Counted from the first letter of the stretch, positions 10,029 to 20,923 are shown. The stretch is 64,000 nt of DNA from Deltaproteobacteria bacterium (GCA_023381755.1 JAMCUF010000019.1:1747-65746); one strand, 5' to 3'. Program-made: numbers and translations. Notes: generated from the sequence alone by a model not told the origin.

Positions 10029-11228
10029 ATGAAGAAAAATAAAAAAATTATAATAATAATTGTGGCTATTTTAATTATAATATCCGTTATTTCTTATTTT
10101 ATAACGGAATCCGGAGGCAGGAAGTCCGTTTACGAGCTTTACACCGTTAAGCCCATGACGATACAAAAATATGTTATAACATCCGGGACGGCAAATCCTA
10201 TCCATACGATAAACGTGGGTGCCCAGGTATCCGGAACATTTTCAAAACTTCTTGTTTGGTATAATTCCATTGTAAAAAAGGGACAGCTTCTTGCCGAAAT
10301 TAACCCTACCCCTTTTATTCAAAGAATTGACCAGGACAAAGCAAATCTTGAATCCGCAAGAGCCAATGTTTTAAAACAAAAAGCCCTTCTGTCATATGAC
10401 AAGCTCACATATATAAGAGATAAAAAACTCTGGAAGGAAAACCTGATAGCTCATTCAACGGAACAAAGCGCGCATAGCATTTATCGTCAGGATATAGCCC
10501 AGCTTAAATTCTTGGAAAATGCCGTCAATGCCTCTAAAGCGCAGCTTGGAATAGACGAAACCAATCTTTCATATACGAAGATATACTCCCCTGTGAGCGG
10601 TATCATCATAAATGTGAGCGTTGTTGTCGGCCAAACCGTCGCCTCAAGCTTTCAAACCCCGAGCCTTTTCACGATAGGAGAAAGCCTCACTAAAATGGCG
10701 GTCTATACCACCACCAACGAAGCGGACCTTTCCGGCATAAAAAAAGGAGACAAGGCGTCATTTACCGTCTATGCCTATCCCAACAAGACGTTTTGGGGCT
10801 ATGTCCATAATATAAGAATAAACCCGACAACGGTTTCAGGGGTTGTAAGCTATAACGTTACAATATACTTTAACAATAAAAAGGGACTAATTCTTCCCGG
10901 AATGACGGCAATTCCTAAAATTTATATTTCGGAGAAAAAGGATGCCCTTGGCGTGCCTAATTCGGCTTTAAGATTTATCCCGTTAAACGAAAATAAAGGT
11001 GTTTTAGGCAACTTATCCAAAAAGCTTACGGCCGGTTACGGAGTCGTGTGGGTGTTAAAAAATAAAAAACCGGTGCCGTTAATAGTCAAACTTGGAATAA
11101 ACAACGACAGTTATACGCAAGTTACCTCCAAGGATATTAAGACCGGTACGGAAGTAATAACCGGTTCAAGATCGGATAACCGGGCCGCGGGAATGGCCGG
11201 AAGAAGGAGGGGAGGGTTTTTCTTCTAA
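10029..11228 (+). CDS. efflux periplasmic adaptor (HlyD/MacA family)
   Basis: N-terminal TM anchor, lipoyl-like hairpin motifs (V.AQVSG.......V..GQ.LAEI; I.SP.SG.I), a coiled-coil middle section and operon context. Confidence 0.8.
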   Translation: MKKNKKIIIIIVAILIIISVISYFITESGGRKSVYELYTVKPMTIQKYVITSGTANPIHTINVGAQVSGTFSKLLVWYNSIVKKGQLLAEINPTPFIQRIDQDKANLESARANVLKQKALLSYDKLTYIRDKKLWKENLIAHSTEQSAHSIYRQDIAQLKFLENAVNASKAQLGIDETNLSYTKIYSPVSGIIINVSVVVGQTVASSFQTPSLFTIGESLTKMAVYTTTNEADLSGIKKGDKASFTVYAYPNKTFWGYVHNIRINPTTVSGVVSYNVTIYFNNKKGLILPGMTAIPKIYISEKKDALGVPNSALRFIPLNENKGVLGNLSKKLTAGYGVVWVLKNKKPVPLIVKLGINNDSYTQVTSKDIKTGTEVITGSRSDNRAAGMAGRRRGGFFF

Positions 11229-11231
11229 TGG

Positions 11232-12032
11232 ATGAATAGCGGAATAATAAAAGAACAGGCAAAGGATGGCGATATTTTGAAATTTCAAGGAAACCCTGCA
11301 GTTTCCGGAGGCGAAAGCGGAACGGCAAACGGCAATGCGCAGATGATAAGACTTGAAGATATCAGGATGACATACGATGTCGGGGACATTTCTTACGAGG
11401 CTTTAAGAGGGATAGATTTGGACGTGGGCAAGGGCGAGTTTTTGTCCATCATGGGGGCTTCCGGTTCCGGCAAGTCCACTCTTATGAATATACTGGGATG
11501 TCTTGACAAGCCTACCTCCGGAAGGTATTTTCTTGAAGGCCGCGACGTTTCCAATTTAACTTCCGATGAGCTTGCCGAAATAAGAAACAAAAAAGTGGGG
11601 TTTGTTTTTCAAGGTTTCAACCTTATTCAACGCCTTTCGGTCGTCGAGAATGTCGAGCTGCCCATGTATTACTCCGGCATACCTTCAAAAGAGGCGAGGG
11701 ATATGGCGATGGAGGCATTAAAGCTCGTCGATCTTTCGGATAAAGGAAACAAATTTCCCAATCAGATATCCGGTGGGGAGCAGCAAAGGGTTGCCATAGC
11801 AAGGGCGATAGTAAATAACGCCCCCATTATTATGGCCGACGAACCCACGGGTAACTTAGATTCCGTCAGAGGAGCCGACGTGATGAATTTTTTTAAAAAA
11901 GTTAACGCGGAACGGGGGGTTACGATTATCCTTGTATCGCACGATAAAAACATAGCAAATTATGGAAGAAGGCTTATAACCGTTAAAGACGGGGTAATTA
12001 TATCTTCAAGTATTATTGAGGCGAACCTATGA
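11232..12032 (+). CDS. MacB/LolD-type ABC transporter ATP-binding protein
   Basis: Walker A GASGSGKST, signature ISGGEQQR, Walker B IIMADEPT. The true start may be the ATG at 11343 (MIRLEDI...). Confidence 0.85.
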   Translation: MNSGIIKEQAKDGDILKFQGNPAVSGGESGTANGNAQMIRLEDIRMTYDVGDISYEALRGIDLDVGKGEFLSIMGASGSGKSTLMNILGCLDKPTSGRYFLEGRDVSNLTSDELAEIRNKKVGFVFQGFNLIQRLSVVENVELPMYYSGIPSKEARDMAMEALKLVDLSDKGNKFPNQISGGEQQRVAIARAIVNNAPIIMADEPTGNLDSVRGADVMNFFKKVNAERGVTIILVSHDKNIANYGRRLITVKDGVIISSSIIEANL

Positions 12033-13258
12033 AGCCCGTGAAATTTGTATTTTTTTTAGACCTGAAATCTGCGTACAAAACATTCATTAGAAATAAAATA
12101 AGATCGTTTTTAACGATACTTGGAATAGTTATAGGCGTAGGCGCGGTTATTGCAACCGTCAGCATAGGACAGGGCGCTTCGGAAGCCATACAAAGCTCCA
12201 TAAATGCTATGGGCGCCAATATGCTGATGATTCTTCCCGGCTCCTCCTCCTTGGGCGGCGTCCACAGCGGTTTCGGAGTGTTGCCGACACTGACCCTAAG
12301 AGATGCCTACGCAATAAGAAAGCTTCCCGCCGTAAAAACGGATTCGGGAATGATGGGTATGGCCCAGCAGGTGGTATGGCGGGGCAATAACTGGGCGACG
12401 TTAATTAACGGCGCAAACTCCACGTTTTCGGAAATCAGAAACTGGCCCGTCGCAAAGGGAACATTTTTCAGTCACGGGCAGGTCGTATCTGCGGCAAACG
12501 TTGCCGTTATCGGCAATACGGCGGCAACGGAACTTTTCGGATTAATTAACCCCATAGGCCACACGATAATAATAAAAAATATCCCCTTTACGGTAGTGGG
12601 TCTTTTGTCTATCAGAGGTTTTAACGCATTTGGCCAGGACCAGGACGATATAGTAGTAATACCGATAACGACCATGCTGGAAAAGGTTGCGGGAACAACA
12701 TGGGTACACGCTATAGCCGTATCCGCAAAATCGGCGAAAGATACATCAAAAGCCCAGTCTGAAATTACGGCCCTCCTCAGGCAAAGGCATCATATCCCTG
12801 CGCACAAGGCAAGCGATTTTTTCGTAAGAAACCTTACTCAAATCGCACAGACCGCAAATTCCAGCGCCAACACCTTTACCGTTCTTCTTGGAAGCATAGC
12901 CGCGGTATCTTTACTTGTAGGCGGTATAGGAATAATGAATATAATGCTTGTTTCCGTGACCGAGAGGACGAGGGAAATAGGGATCAGAATGGCGGTAGGC
13001 GCCAAGAAAAAAGATATTCTAAAACAGTTCCTTATCGAATCCTCAGTGCTGAGCCTTTTTGGCGGAGTACTCGGCATAGGCGCCGGCATGGGTATTTCGA
13101 GTGCAATATCGGCCTTTTCGCCCCTTAAAACCATCGTTACGATGGAACCGGTTATAATCGCATTGATATTTTCCCTCTGCGTCGGGATATTTTTCGGATT
13201 TTATCCGGCCTACAAAGCCTCCCGGATGAATCCCGTAGAGGCCCTGAGATATGAATAA
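12029..13258 (+). CDS. MacB/FtsX-type ABC transporter permease
   Basis: N-terminal TM, large periplasmic domain and C-terminal FtsX-like 3-TM block (GGIGIMNIMLVSVTERTREIGIR.A.GA). ATGA overlap with the ATPase gene. Confidence 0.85.
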   Translation: MKPVKFVFFLDLKSAYKTFIRNKIRSFLTILGIVIGVGAVIATVSIGQGASEAIQSSINAMGANMLMILPGSSSLGGVHSGFGVLPTLTLRDAYAIRKLPAVKTDSGMMGMAQQVVWRGNNWATLINGANSTFSEIRNWPVAKGTFFSHGQVVSAANVAVIGNTAATELFGLINPIGHTIIIKNIPFTVVGLLSIRGFNAFGQDQDDIVVIPITTMLEKVAGTTWVHAIAVSAKSAKDTSKAQSEITALLRQRHHIPAHKASDFFVRNLTQIAQTANSSANTFTVLLGSIAAVSLLVGGIGIMNIMLVSVTERTREIGIRMAVGAKKKDILKQFLIESSVLSLFGGVLGIGAGMGISSAISAFSPLKTIVTMEPVIIALIFSLCVGIFFGFYPAYKASRMNPVEALRYE

Positions 13259-13443
13259 GGCTATAAAGTAATTCTCCTTTTTTTATTGTGCCTTCCCGTT
13301 CCGGGCTTTTTGCCCGCTATTTTAAATTAATCAAATTTCTGTTATTATATATATGTTATTATATAATTAAGATATAAGATTATTCAGGCTGTATTGCAAC
13401 ATAAAATAAAATTAAGAATAAAAATTAAATAAAGAGTCGTTTG

Positions 13444-14091
13444 ATGTTCAAGACATTAAAAGAAAATATAAATTCGGTTTACGAAAGAGACCCCGCGGCA
13501 AGAAGCACATTGGAGGTATTATTGTGCTATCCGGGGCTCCATGCGGTTTATTTTCATAAACTATCTCATTTTTTATGGGAACATAAATTATGGCTTTTAG
13601 CAAGGTTAATATCCCAATGCGGAAGATTTATCACGGGAATAGAAATTCATCCGGGGGCCAAGATTGGCAGGAGGTTCTTTATAGACCACGGAATGGGTGT
13701 CGTTATTGGCGAAACGGCTGAAATAGGAGACGATGTTACTATATATCACGGGGTTACACTTGGAGGAACAAGCTGGAAAAAAGAAAAAAGGCATCCGACA
13801 ATTGAAAATAATGTCATGATCGGTGTCGGGGCTAAAATATTAGGACCCTTAAGAGTCGGACATGACAGTAAAATAGGGGCTAATTCAGTGGTCGTGGACG
13901 AGGTCCCGCCGCATTCAACGGTCGTCGGGATACCTGCAAAATCCGCGAAAAGGGACGAATCCGAGGTACACGAGCATATCGACCTTGAACACAACAGGTT
14001 ATTCGATCCCGCTTTTTATGAGATTTCGCTTTTAAAGTCTAAAATATCGGAACTTGAAAAAAGGATTCGGGAAATTGAAAGTAAAGGTTAG
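13444..14091 (+). CDS. cysE: serine O-acetyltransferase
   Basis: DPAA.S..EV...[27 protein letters not shown] and hexapeptide repeats. The tracked ORF begins at TTG 13441; ATG 13444 is the likely start. Confidence 0.85.
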   Translation: MFKTLKENINSVYERDPAARSTLEVLLCYPGLHAVYFHKLSHFLWEHKLWLLARLISQCGRFITGIEIHPGAKIGRRFFIDHGMGVVIGETAEIGDDVTIYHGVTLGGTSWKKEKRHPTIENNVMIGVGAKILGPLRVGHDSKIGANSVVVDEVPPHSTVVGIPAKSAKRDESEVHEHIDLEHNRLFDPAFYEISLLKSKISELEKRIREIESKG

Positions 14092-14181
14092 CGCAGCTCA
14101 AACCGGCAAAAGGGTGCTTGAGAGAAGATCTGCCGCAATAATTAATTAAATCTTAAATATTTACAAAGGGTGTTAAAATAA

Positions 14182-14658
14182 ATGAGGCTTTCGTCAAAAG
14201 GGCAGTACGCGGTCAGGGCTATAATAGATTTATCATATTATTCTGAAAACAACCCTATTCCTATCAGCCTAAAAGATATAGCCGAAAGAGAATCGATATC
14301 CATCCATTATCTGGAGCAGATATTTTTTATACTAAAAAAAGTGGGTATTGTTAGAAGTTTAAGGGGTCCAAATGGCGGGTATATGCTCAATAAGAAACCA
14401 TCTGAGATCCTGATAGGCGACATAATAGCTTCCGTCGAACCCATCGAAATTATTAGCTGCACAAGCAAAGCCAAAAATAAAAAGGAATGCGGAAGAAAAT
14501 CCATTTGTCTTGCCTTCGATATGCGGAATCCGTCCTTAATTTTAATAGCCGAATTTTTAAATTCGATTACGATAGAAGACGTCATAAATGAATATAAACA
14601 AAAATCAAGCCGGAGATTATTCGAAAAACCTGCAAAGATTAATGTAAAAAATCGTTAA
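14182..14658 (+). CDS. Rrf2-family transcriptional regulator (IscR/CymR-like)
   Basis: N-terminal MRLSSKGQYAVRA..DL winged-helix signature. Three spaced Cys (C..10..C..6..C) could ligate an Fe-S cluster. Lies upstream of a cysteine desulfurase. Confidence 0.8.
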   Translation: MRLSSKGQYAVRAIIDLSYYSENNPIPISLKDIAERESISIHYLEQIFFILKKVGIVRSLRGPNGGYMLNKKPSEILIGDIIASVEPIEIISCTSKAKNKKECGRKSICLAFDMRNPSLILIAEFLNSITIEDVINEYKQKSSRRLFEKPAKINVKNR

Positions 14659-14758
14659 ATACGCCGTCTGAACAATTTTAATCCGCATAGGTACATAAAT
14701 AATAAATATTTTAACAAATAATAAGTCAATGTTTATTTAAAATTTTATCGATAATTAG

Positions 14759-15928
14759 ATGCCGAGAATTTATTTAGATTATAATGCTACAACGCCGTTA
14801 GACCCGATAGTTTTGGAAGAGGCGGTTAATGCATTAAAAAACTTTTCGGGAAACCCCTCAAGCGTATATGAGGAGGGAAGAGCCGCAAGGATTTTAATCG
14901 AAGATTCAAGGGATTTCGTTAAATCATTTTTGGATGCAGGGGGCGGGGATGAAGTAATTTTTACCTCATCCGGCTCGGAATCGATTAATCTTGCAATTAT
15001 TGGAGCCGTGTATGCGTATAAAAGGCTTAACAAAAGTGAAACTCCTCATATAATAACATCCCGGGTGGAGCATCACGCGGTCCTTAACACGTTTAAATTT
15101 TTGGAAACCCGCGGGGTGGAGACGACTTATATCGGCATTAATGAATTTGGCGAACTCATTATGGACGACCTCATTTCGAGTATTAAAGAAAACACGGTTT
15201 TAATTTCTATTATGGGAGCGAATAATGAAACGGGCACCCTATTCCCCTTAAAACAGATACTTAAAACGGTAAAAAACATAAAAGACGATATCCTCTTTCA
15301 CAGCGATATGGTCCAAGTTATAGGGAAAACCGGTTTTAGCCTTAATAATATTCCCCTTGATTTATGCAGTTTTTCGGGTCATAAATTTTATGCTCTTAAA
15401 GGGTGCGGGGCATTGTATATAAAAAAAGGGGTAACAATAGACCCGGTAATATATGGCGGGCATCAAGAAAGGGGCTTAAGGGCGGGGACGGAAAATACGG
15501 CGGGAATCGTTTCTATCGCAAAGGGGCTTGGCGTTTTTCAAAACAATATGAATAACGAACTTAAAAGAATAGGCGCTTTCGGCGAGATATTCTTAGACAG
15601 GCTTTTTTCGGCCATGGAAGGCATCAGGTTAAACGGTCATCCGGTGAACAGGCTTAAAAACACTATAAACGTCTCTTTCGACGGCGTGAGGGCGGAGTCT
15701 TTATTGTTTAATCTTGACCTTTATGGGATAAGCGCATCAGCCGGTTCTGCCTGCAATGCGGGGGCTATTTCCTTATCCCACGTTTTGAAGGCGCACGGCT
15801 ATAGTATAAACAGGATAGAATCGGCTGTCAGATTCAGCATCGGAAGGTTTACGACGATGGATGACTTAGATTATGCGATAAGCGCCATAAAAGAAGCGGT
15901 ATTAAAATTAAGGACGGATTCCGCATAA
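14759..15928 (+). CDS. cysteine desulfurase (NifS/IscS class V aminotransferase)
   Basis: IYLDYNATTP start, PLP-lysine motif FSGHKFY, active-site loop SAGSAC. Confidence 0.9.
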   Translation: MPRIYLDYNATTPLDPIVLEEAVNALKNFSGNPSSVYEEGRAARILIEDSRDFVKSFLDAGGGDEVIFTSSGSESINLAIIGAVYAYKRLNKSETPHIITSRVEHHAVLNTFKFLETRGVETTYIGINEFGELIMDDLISSIKENTVLISIMGANNETGTLFPLKQILKTVKNIKDDILFHSDMVQVIGKTGFSLNNIPLDLCSFSGHKFYALKGCGALYIKKGVTIDPVIYGGHQERGLRAGTENTAGIVSIAKGLGVFQNNMNNELKRIGAFGEIFLDRLFSAMEGIRLNGHPVNRLKNTINVSFDGVRAESLLFNLDLYGISASAGSACNAGAISLSHVLKAHGYSINRIESAVRFSIGRFTTMDDLDYAISAIKEAVLKLRTDSA

Positions 15929-15984
15929 AAATAATTATTAAATTTAATCATATTCCGTGCATAGGGTAGAATATTAGAATTAAA

Positions 15985-17070
15985 ATGTTCATAAAAGTCA
16001 AAAAAACCGTTGCGGTGGCAATGTCAGGCGGCGTTGACAGTTCCGTCGGCGCAATGATACTTAAAGAAAGGGGGTACAGGGTAATAGGGGTTTCAATGCA
16101 TTTATTTAATGCCGGTTCCTCCGGACCCAAAACATGCTGCAGCGTAAACGACATTCTTGATGCCAAGAAGGTGTGCGTTAAAACAGGCATGCCCCATTTT
16201 GTTATAAATCTTGAAGAAGAATTCAGGGCTTCCGTCATAAATCCTTTCGTTTCCGAATATATTAACGGAAAAACTCCGAATCCCTGCATATTGTGCAACC
16301 GTGCCTTAAAATTTGATATCCTGTTAAAAAGGGTTAAAGAGTTAGGCGCACAGTTTTTGGCGACCGGTCATTACGCCAGAATAGCTAAAAATAAAAACGG
16401 CGCGTACTTTCTTTTAAAGGCAAGAGATATTTTTAAGGATCAGTCTTACGTTCTTTACAATCTGACGCAAGATAACCTTAAAAACATCATGTTTCCGGTC
16501 GGCAACCTGAGTAAAGAGTCTGCAAGAAAAATCGCTTCGGCAGGAGGCTTTAAACAGATATCCGCCAAAAAAGAGAGCATGGAAATATGCTTTATTCCGG
16601 AGGGAAATTATGCGGAATTTATAAAAAAGCAGGTTAAGTTTTCCAATAATAAAGGATTTATAAAAAATTTAAAGGGCGAGATACTTGGTGAACATAACGG
16701 CATTTTTGGTTATACAATCGGCCAAAGAAAGGGGCTCGGCTTGTCTTCGAAATTGCCGTTTTATGTTACGAAAATATCTGCGGACACCAATGAGATATTT
16801 ATAGGAACCATTGAAAATTGCTACAATAACGAGTTATATATAAAAGACGTTAATTTAATTGACCCGGGCGATAAAAATAGGCTCGGCAGAATGGATTTAA
16901 CCGTAAAAATAAGATATTCGTCGCCAAATTATAAATGCAGAGCCTTTGTTTTGGAAAATGATATAATTAAAGTATCATTTGAGGAACCCGTTAAATTTAT
17001 AACCCCGGGGCAATCCGCGGTTTTATATTCGGGACCCAAGGTTATAGGCGGCGGGGTCATATCGCAATAA
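15985..17070 (+). CDS. mnmA: tRNA 2-thiouridine(34) synthase
   Basis: PP-loop AMSGGVDSS, NPC..CN catalytic Cys motif, DQSY motif. Follows a cysteine desulfurase, as in the B. subtilis yrvO-mnmA arrangement. Confidence 0.9.
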   Translation: MFIKVKKTVAVAMSGGVDSSVGAMILKERGYRVIGVSMHLFNAGSSGPKTCCSVNDILDAKKVCVKTGMPHFVINLEEEFRASVINPFVSEYINGKTPNPCILCNRALKFDILLKRVKELGAQFLATGHYARIAKNKNGAYFLLKARDIFKDQSYVLYNLTQDNLKNIMFPVGNLSKESARKIASAGGFKQISAKKESMEICFIPEGNYAEFIKKQVKFSNNKGFIKNLKGEILGEHNGIFGYTIGQRKGLGLSSKLPFYVTKISADTNEIFIGTIENCYNNELYIKDVNLIDPGDKNRLGRMDLTVKIRYSSPNYKCRAFVLENDIIKVSFEEPVKFITPGQSAVLYSGPKVIGGGVISQ

Positions 17071-17083
17071 ATACCTCAATAGC

Positions 17084-18502
17084 ATGATGCGGGGAAAAAT
17101 GGAGACACGTAACGTAAAAGACGGCATACTTAAAGCATTAAGCACAAATCTTAATGAACTTGGATGTATAAAAGGCGAAAATGCCGCTCTCAATTGTGCT
17201 ATTCTATCCTCCGGTTGCAAACTTAACCAGTTCGAGTCTTCTCAATTCGGGGAATTGCTCAAACAATTAAAAATAAATATCGTGGAACCGGATTTAACCG
17301 CCCGGGATATAAATTTAAGCCGGAACCCGAACGCCAAAATTAACCTGCAGGATATTCAGCTATTCTTCCTAAATACCTGCTCGGTTACCGAAAAAGCCGA
17401 TGCTTACGCAAATAAAATAGTGCGGAGGATCAGGGAAAACTACCCTCAAAGCCGTCTTATATTGACGGGGTGCTCGGCGGAACTTAATAAGAAAGGTTTT
17501 TCATCGCTTTCCAATGTAAAATTAATCGATAACGCAGAGAAGGCAAGATTATTGAAAACCGCTTCGGAGACGCTTCCAGATACCGTACTGAATCAAAAAA
17601 AGGTAAGACCTTACTTGAAGATACAGGAGGGATGCGGGACGGAATGTTCATTTTGCATTATACCCAAAGCAAGGCCTGTTAAATGGTCTTTAGATGTCGA
17701 AGATGTTTTAAATTCCATTAAGGGATTCGATAACCTTGGCTATAAAGAGGTTATACTTACGGGTGTAAATATCGGTTCTTACAAAGACGAAAATATTGCC
17801 GGAAAGGATAAAAAAGGAAAGGGGCTCAAGGAGTTATTAAAAAGGATTGAAGAATTAAATACCGCCCTAAAAATAAGAATAAGCTCGATAGACCCGCTTT
17901 ATATCGATGACGAACTAATCGAAATTTTTGCAAATAGCAAAAAGATACAAAACCATTTTCATATTCCCCTGCAAAGCGCCTCGAATAAAATACTTGCGCT
18001 TATGAACAGGCATTATAGTTTTGAGGATTATATGAAGATCGCCTCCGAACTGACCGGCAGCATTAAAGGTGCAGCAATAGGCACCGACATTATAAGCGGA
18101 TTTCCCGGCGAAACGGAAGAAGACTTTTTGGAAACCTCCCGTAACTTAGATAGGCTGCCGATCTACTATATCCACGCCTTTTCGTATTCAGACAGGCCGG
18201 GCACCAGAGCCTCTTTAATGAAACCAAAGGTTGATAGGCGGATTATAAAACAAAGAACCAATAAGATTATGGAAATTTCATTGCAAAAGAAAATAAATTT
18301 CCACCTTAAATTTACAGACATCCCGCTGGAATTTTTGAGTCTTCCGGACAATAAAGCCGTAAGTTCAAATTATATAAAGGCAAAATTAGTCCAAAATAAT
18401 TTAATAATCCCTCCGGGTAAATTATTTAAAGGCAAAATAATAGAAACCGGAGATTTACATACCAAGGGCGAAGCATTAATAGCTTTTGAAAATTTTATTT
18501 AA
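17084..18502 (+). CDS. MiaB/RimO-family radical SAM methylthiotransferase (MtaB-like)
   Basis: N-terminal UPF0004-type GCKLNQFES, radical SAM motif GCGTECSFCIIP, later IHAFSYSDRPGT. Confidence 0.75.
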   Translation: MMRGKMETRNVKDGILKALSTNLNELGCIKGENAALNCAILSSGCKLNQFESSQFGELLKQLKINIVEPDLTARDINLSRNPNAKINLQDIQLFFLNTCSVTEKADAYANKIVRRIRENYPQSRLILTGCSAELNKKGFSSLSNVKLIDNAEKARLLKTASETLPDTVLNQKKVRPYLKIQEGCGTECSFCIIPKARPVKWSLDVEDVLNSIKGFDNLGYKEVILTGVNIGSYKDENIAGKDKKGKGLKELLKRIEELNTALKIRISSIDPLYIDDELIEIFANSKKIQNHFHIPLQSASNKILALMNRHYSFEDYMKIASELTGSIKGAAIGTDIISGFPGETEEDFLETSRNLDRLPIYYIHAFSYSDRPGTRASLMKPKVDRRIIKQRTNKIMEISLQKKINFHLKFTDIPLEFLSLPDNKAVSSNYIKAKLVQNNLIIPPGKLFKGKIIETGDLHTKGEALIAFENFI

Positions 18503-18515
18503 AAATACAAACGAT

Positions 18516-19184
18516 ATGGATTTTGAAACCATCGAAAAGAGCATCGGCTATTCCTTTAACGACAGGAATCTAATTGCGCTTGCTTTTACTCATAAGTCTT
18601 ATAATTGCGCATTAAATTATGAAAGGCTTGAGTTTTTGGGGGATTCTATCATAGGTGCGATCGTCTCGGAATATCTTTATCTGAATTTTAAAGATTTATC
18701 CGAAGGTGAGCTTTCACAAAGGCGTTCCATAATAGTTAGCCTTGGGAATCTATACAGGATTGCAGGTTACTTGAATATTTCGGAATTTATATTAACGGAA
18801 AATATGGAAGGGGGACAAAAAAATAAAAGGATTGTCGGGAACGTTTATGAAGCTGTTATAGGGGCGATATTTTTAGATTCGTCTTATGACAATACAAAAA
18901 AGGTATTTTTAGAACATTTAGGCAGGTTAATGGCAAAAATAAGCGAAGAAATTTTTGCAAGCAAGGATTTTAAGACAATATTGCAGGAAACTGTGCAAAA
19001 GCAGTGCAGTATTGTGCCGAAATATCATACGGTAAAAAAGGAAGGCCCGGACCACCGCGCCATTTTTACGATATGCGTTGACATAAACAATAAAATATTA
19101 GGATGCGGGAGCGGTTTATCAAAAAAAACTGCCGAGCAGATTGCCGCATCCGAGGCCTTAAAAGCTTTAAACATTGACTATTAA
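18516..19184 (+). CDS. rnc: ribonuclease III
   Basis: Signature ERLEFLGDS, later NVYEAVIGAIFLD, C-terminal dsRBD (GPDH...F......G.G.SKK.AEQ.AA). The tracked ORF starts at 18486; ATG 18516 avoids overlap with the upstream gene. Confidence 0.85.
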   Translation: MDFETIEKSIGYSFNDRNLIALAFTHKSYNCALNYERLEFLGDSIIGAIVSEYLYLNFKDLSEGELSQRRSIIVSLGNLYRIAGYLNISEFILTENMEGGQKNKRIVGNVYEAVIGAIFLDSSYDNTKKVFLEHLGRLMAKISEEIFASKDFKTILQETVQKQCSIVPKYHTVKKEGPDHRAIFTICVDINNKILGCGSGLSKKTAEQIAASEALKALNIDY

Positions 19185-19196
19185 CTTATAAGTTAT

Positions 19197-20576
19197 ATGA
19201 TAAAAAATAGCGATTCTTTAGTAATCCTCATCGGAAGGCCCAATGTCGGCAAATCCACCATCTTTAATAAAATATTGGGAATGCCTCTTGCATCGACTTC
19301 AAAAATTCCCGGCACAACGCTTGATTTAAATATTAAACCGGTTTCATACCGCAATGTTAATTTTTTAATTTCCGATAGCGGCGGCTTCAATATGGGCACT
19401 TCCGGCGAAATGCCGCTTCAGCAAAGGTTGTTGGAGAAAAAGATACGGGAGCTTGTTTTTAATTATGCTAAAAAAGCAAAACTCGTCCTTTTTGTGGTCG
19501 ATTTTAAAAGCGGAATGATACCGGGGGATAAGGAAATTTACCGGCATCTCGTTAAAATCGTTAAAAACGAATCGAATATTATCCTGGTGATCAATAAAGT
19601 CGATTCCTTAAAAAATGCCGGAAACGCGTATGCCGAATTCTCGTTCCTCGGCGTTAAAAAAAATATCGCGATAAGTGCTGAAAACGGAATGGGCATAGAT
19701 GACCTTTTAGAACAAATCGTTAAAGAAGTAAATTATTCGAATAAATTACCGGATGATTTTTACAAAAGCGGTTTAAAAAATTGCGATGTCGGCAGACCGG
19801 GCGGCGGCAAATCAACGTTTATAAATTCCGTTATAAAAGAGGATTTGCTGTTTACGGGCGAAAAACCCGGCACGACAAGGGATTCTATCGATACTTACCT
19901 TAAATATAAACAACAGGTCATAACCTTAATAGATACCTCGGGAATAAGGAAAGAATCAAGGTTGGGTATTAAAACGAAGTTCGGCGAAACTAATTCGCGG
20001 GGTTTTTGCGAGCAGAGCTTAAACCAGATAAAAAGGGCGGACGCCGTAATTGTCTTTATCGATATTACCGCAGGGATAACCCATGACGACTTATCTTTAT
20101 TAAAAATGGTAAGTTTAGAAAAAAAACCGTTTATGATAGCCTTTACCAAATGGGATTTAAACAATAAAGAGATTCACGCCCCAGAACTCAAAAAGGATAT
20201 TAAACTTGGGTTAAAAGAATTTTCCGAAACGCCCTATATTTTTATCTCTTCTAAAACAAATAAAAATTTAAATAAACTTATAGATTTATCTATCTCGTTA
20301 AACAATGCAAAAAAGGTAAAGATAAAAACCAAAGACGTCAATAAGTTTATAATGGATTCAAAAAATAACGGAAAAATGGGGAGATTATCTAAATATATAG
20401 CTTATGGAGCCCAAAGGGCCGGCGGAAATATTCCCACATTCATCTTTTTTACAAATAATAAACGAAAAATATTTGGCATGGAGGACATAAAACACTTGAG
20501 GTCCGGCGTAAAGGATTACTTCGGAATAAAAACGAATGTCGAGGTTTTAATCGAATATAAAAAATACCCTATTTAA
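19197..20576 (+). CDS. der: ribosome-associated GTPase Der/EngA (two G domains plus KH-like tail)
   Basis: First P-loop GRPNVGKST, NKVD, second P-loop GRPGGGKST, DTSGIRK, TKWD. Confidence 0.9.
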   Translation: MIKNSDSLVILIGRPNVGKSTIFNKILGMPLASTSKIPGTTLDLNIKPVSYRNVNFLISDSGGFNMGTSGEMPLQQRLLEKKIRELVFNYAKKAKLVLFVVDFKSGMIPGDKEIYRHLVKIVKNESNIILVINKVDSLKNAGNAYAEFSFLGVKKNIAISAENGMGIDDLLEQIVKEVNYSNKLPDDFYKSGLKNCDVGRPGGGKSTFINSVIKEDLLFTGEKPGTTRDSIDTYLKYKQQVITLIDTSGIRKESRLGIKTKFGETNSRGFCEQSLNQIKRADAVIVFIDITAGITHDDLSLLKMVSLEKKPFMIAFTKWDLNNKEIHAPELKKDIKLGLKEFSETPYIFISSKTNKNLNKLIDLSISLNNAKKVKIKTKDVNKFIMDSKNNGKMGRLSKYIAYGAQRAGGNIPTFIFFTNNKRKIFGMEDIKHLRSGVKDYFGIKTNVEVLIEYKKYPI

Positions 20577-20865
20577 TTTTATTGGATAACTCGTCTAATT
20601 TGCTTTCCAGCTTTTGAATCTTCCTTGTTAACTCTTCAATGTCATAAGTCGAGGCGAAATGCATTTCATCGAGTAAAATATCGGCCAGCTTTTCTTTTAT
20701 GGACTTAAATATAACACCTGATTCGTATTTTACCGTTTCGATAATCTGATCCGCGGCCTCCCTGCTTTTTTCGTCGGATATATCGACATAATCGTCCAGC
20801 TTTTCCTGAGCTATTATAGAAAGACCCTTAAGGGCTTTGAGAACTAAATTTATATTGTCTGACAT
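20569..20865 (-). CDS. hypothetical 98-aa coiled-coil protein
   Basis: No family recognised. Heptad-like C-terminus (IEELTRKIQKLESKLDELSNKIK). Lies 58 nt downstream of and co-directional with the sdh-like genes. Its 3' end overlaps der by 8 nt. Confidence 0.4.
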   Translation of the reverse strand: MSDNINLVLKALKGLSIIAQEKLDDYVDISDEKSREAADQIIETVKYESGVIFKSIKEKLADILLDEMHFASTYDIEELTRKIQKLESKLDELSNKIK

Positions 20866-20923
20866 CTGAACCTTCCTTTTAAATAAAATTGTTTGTGTTT
20901 TATATTCTATTTATACCAAAAAA

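Noticed and set aside
13302-13324. Weak hairpin CGGGC-TTTTT-GCCCG after the MacB permease gene, considered as a terminator
   Set aside because: The stem is only 5 bp and the downstream T-tract is interrupted. This is too weak to call without transcript data.
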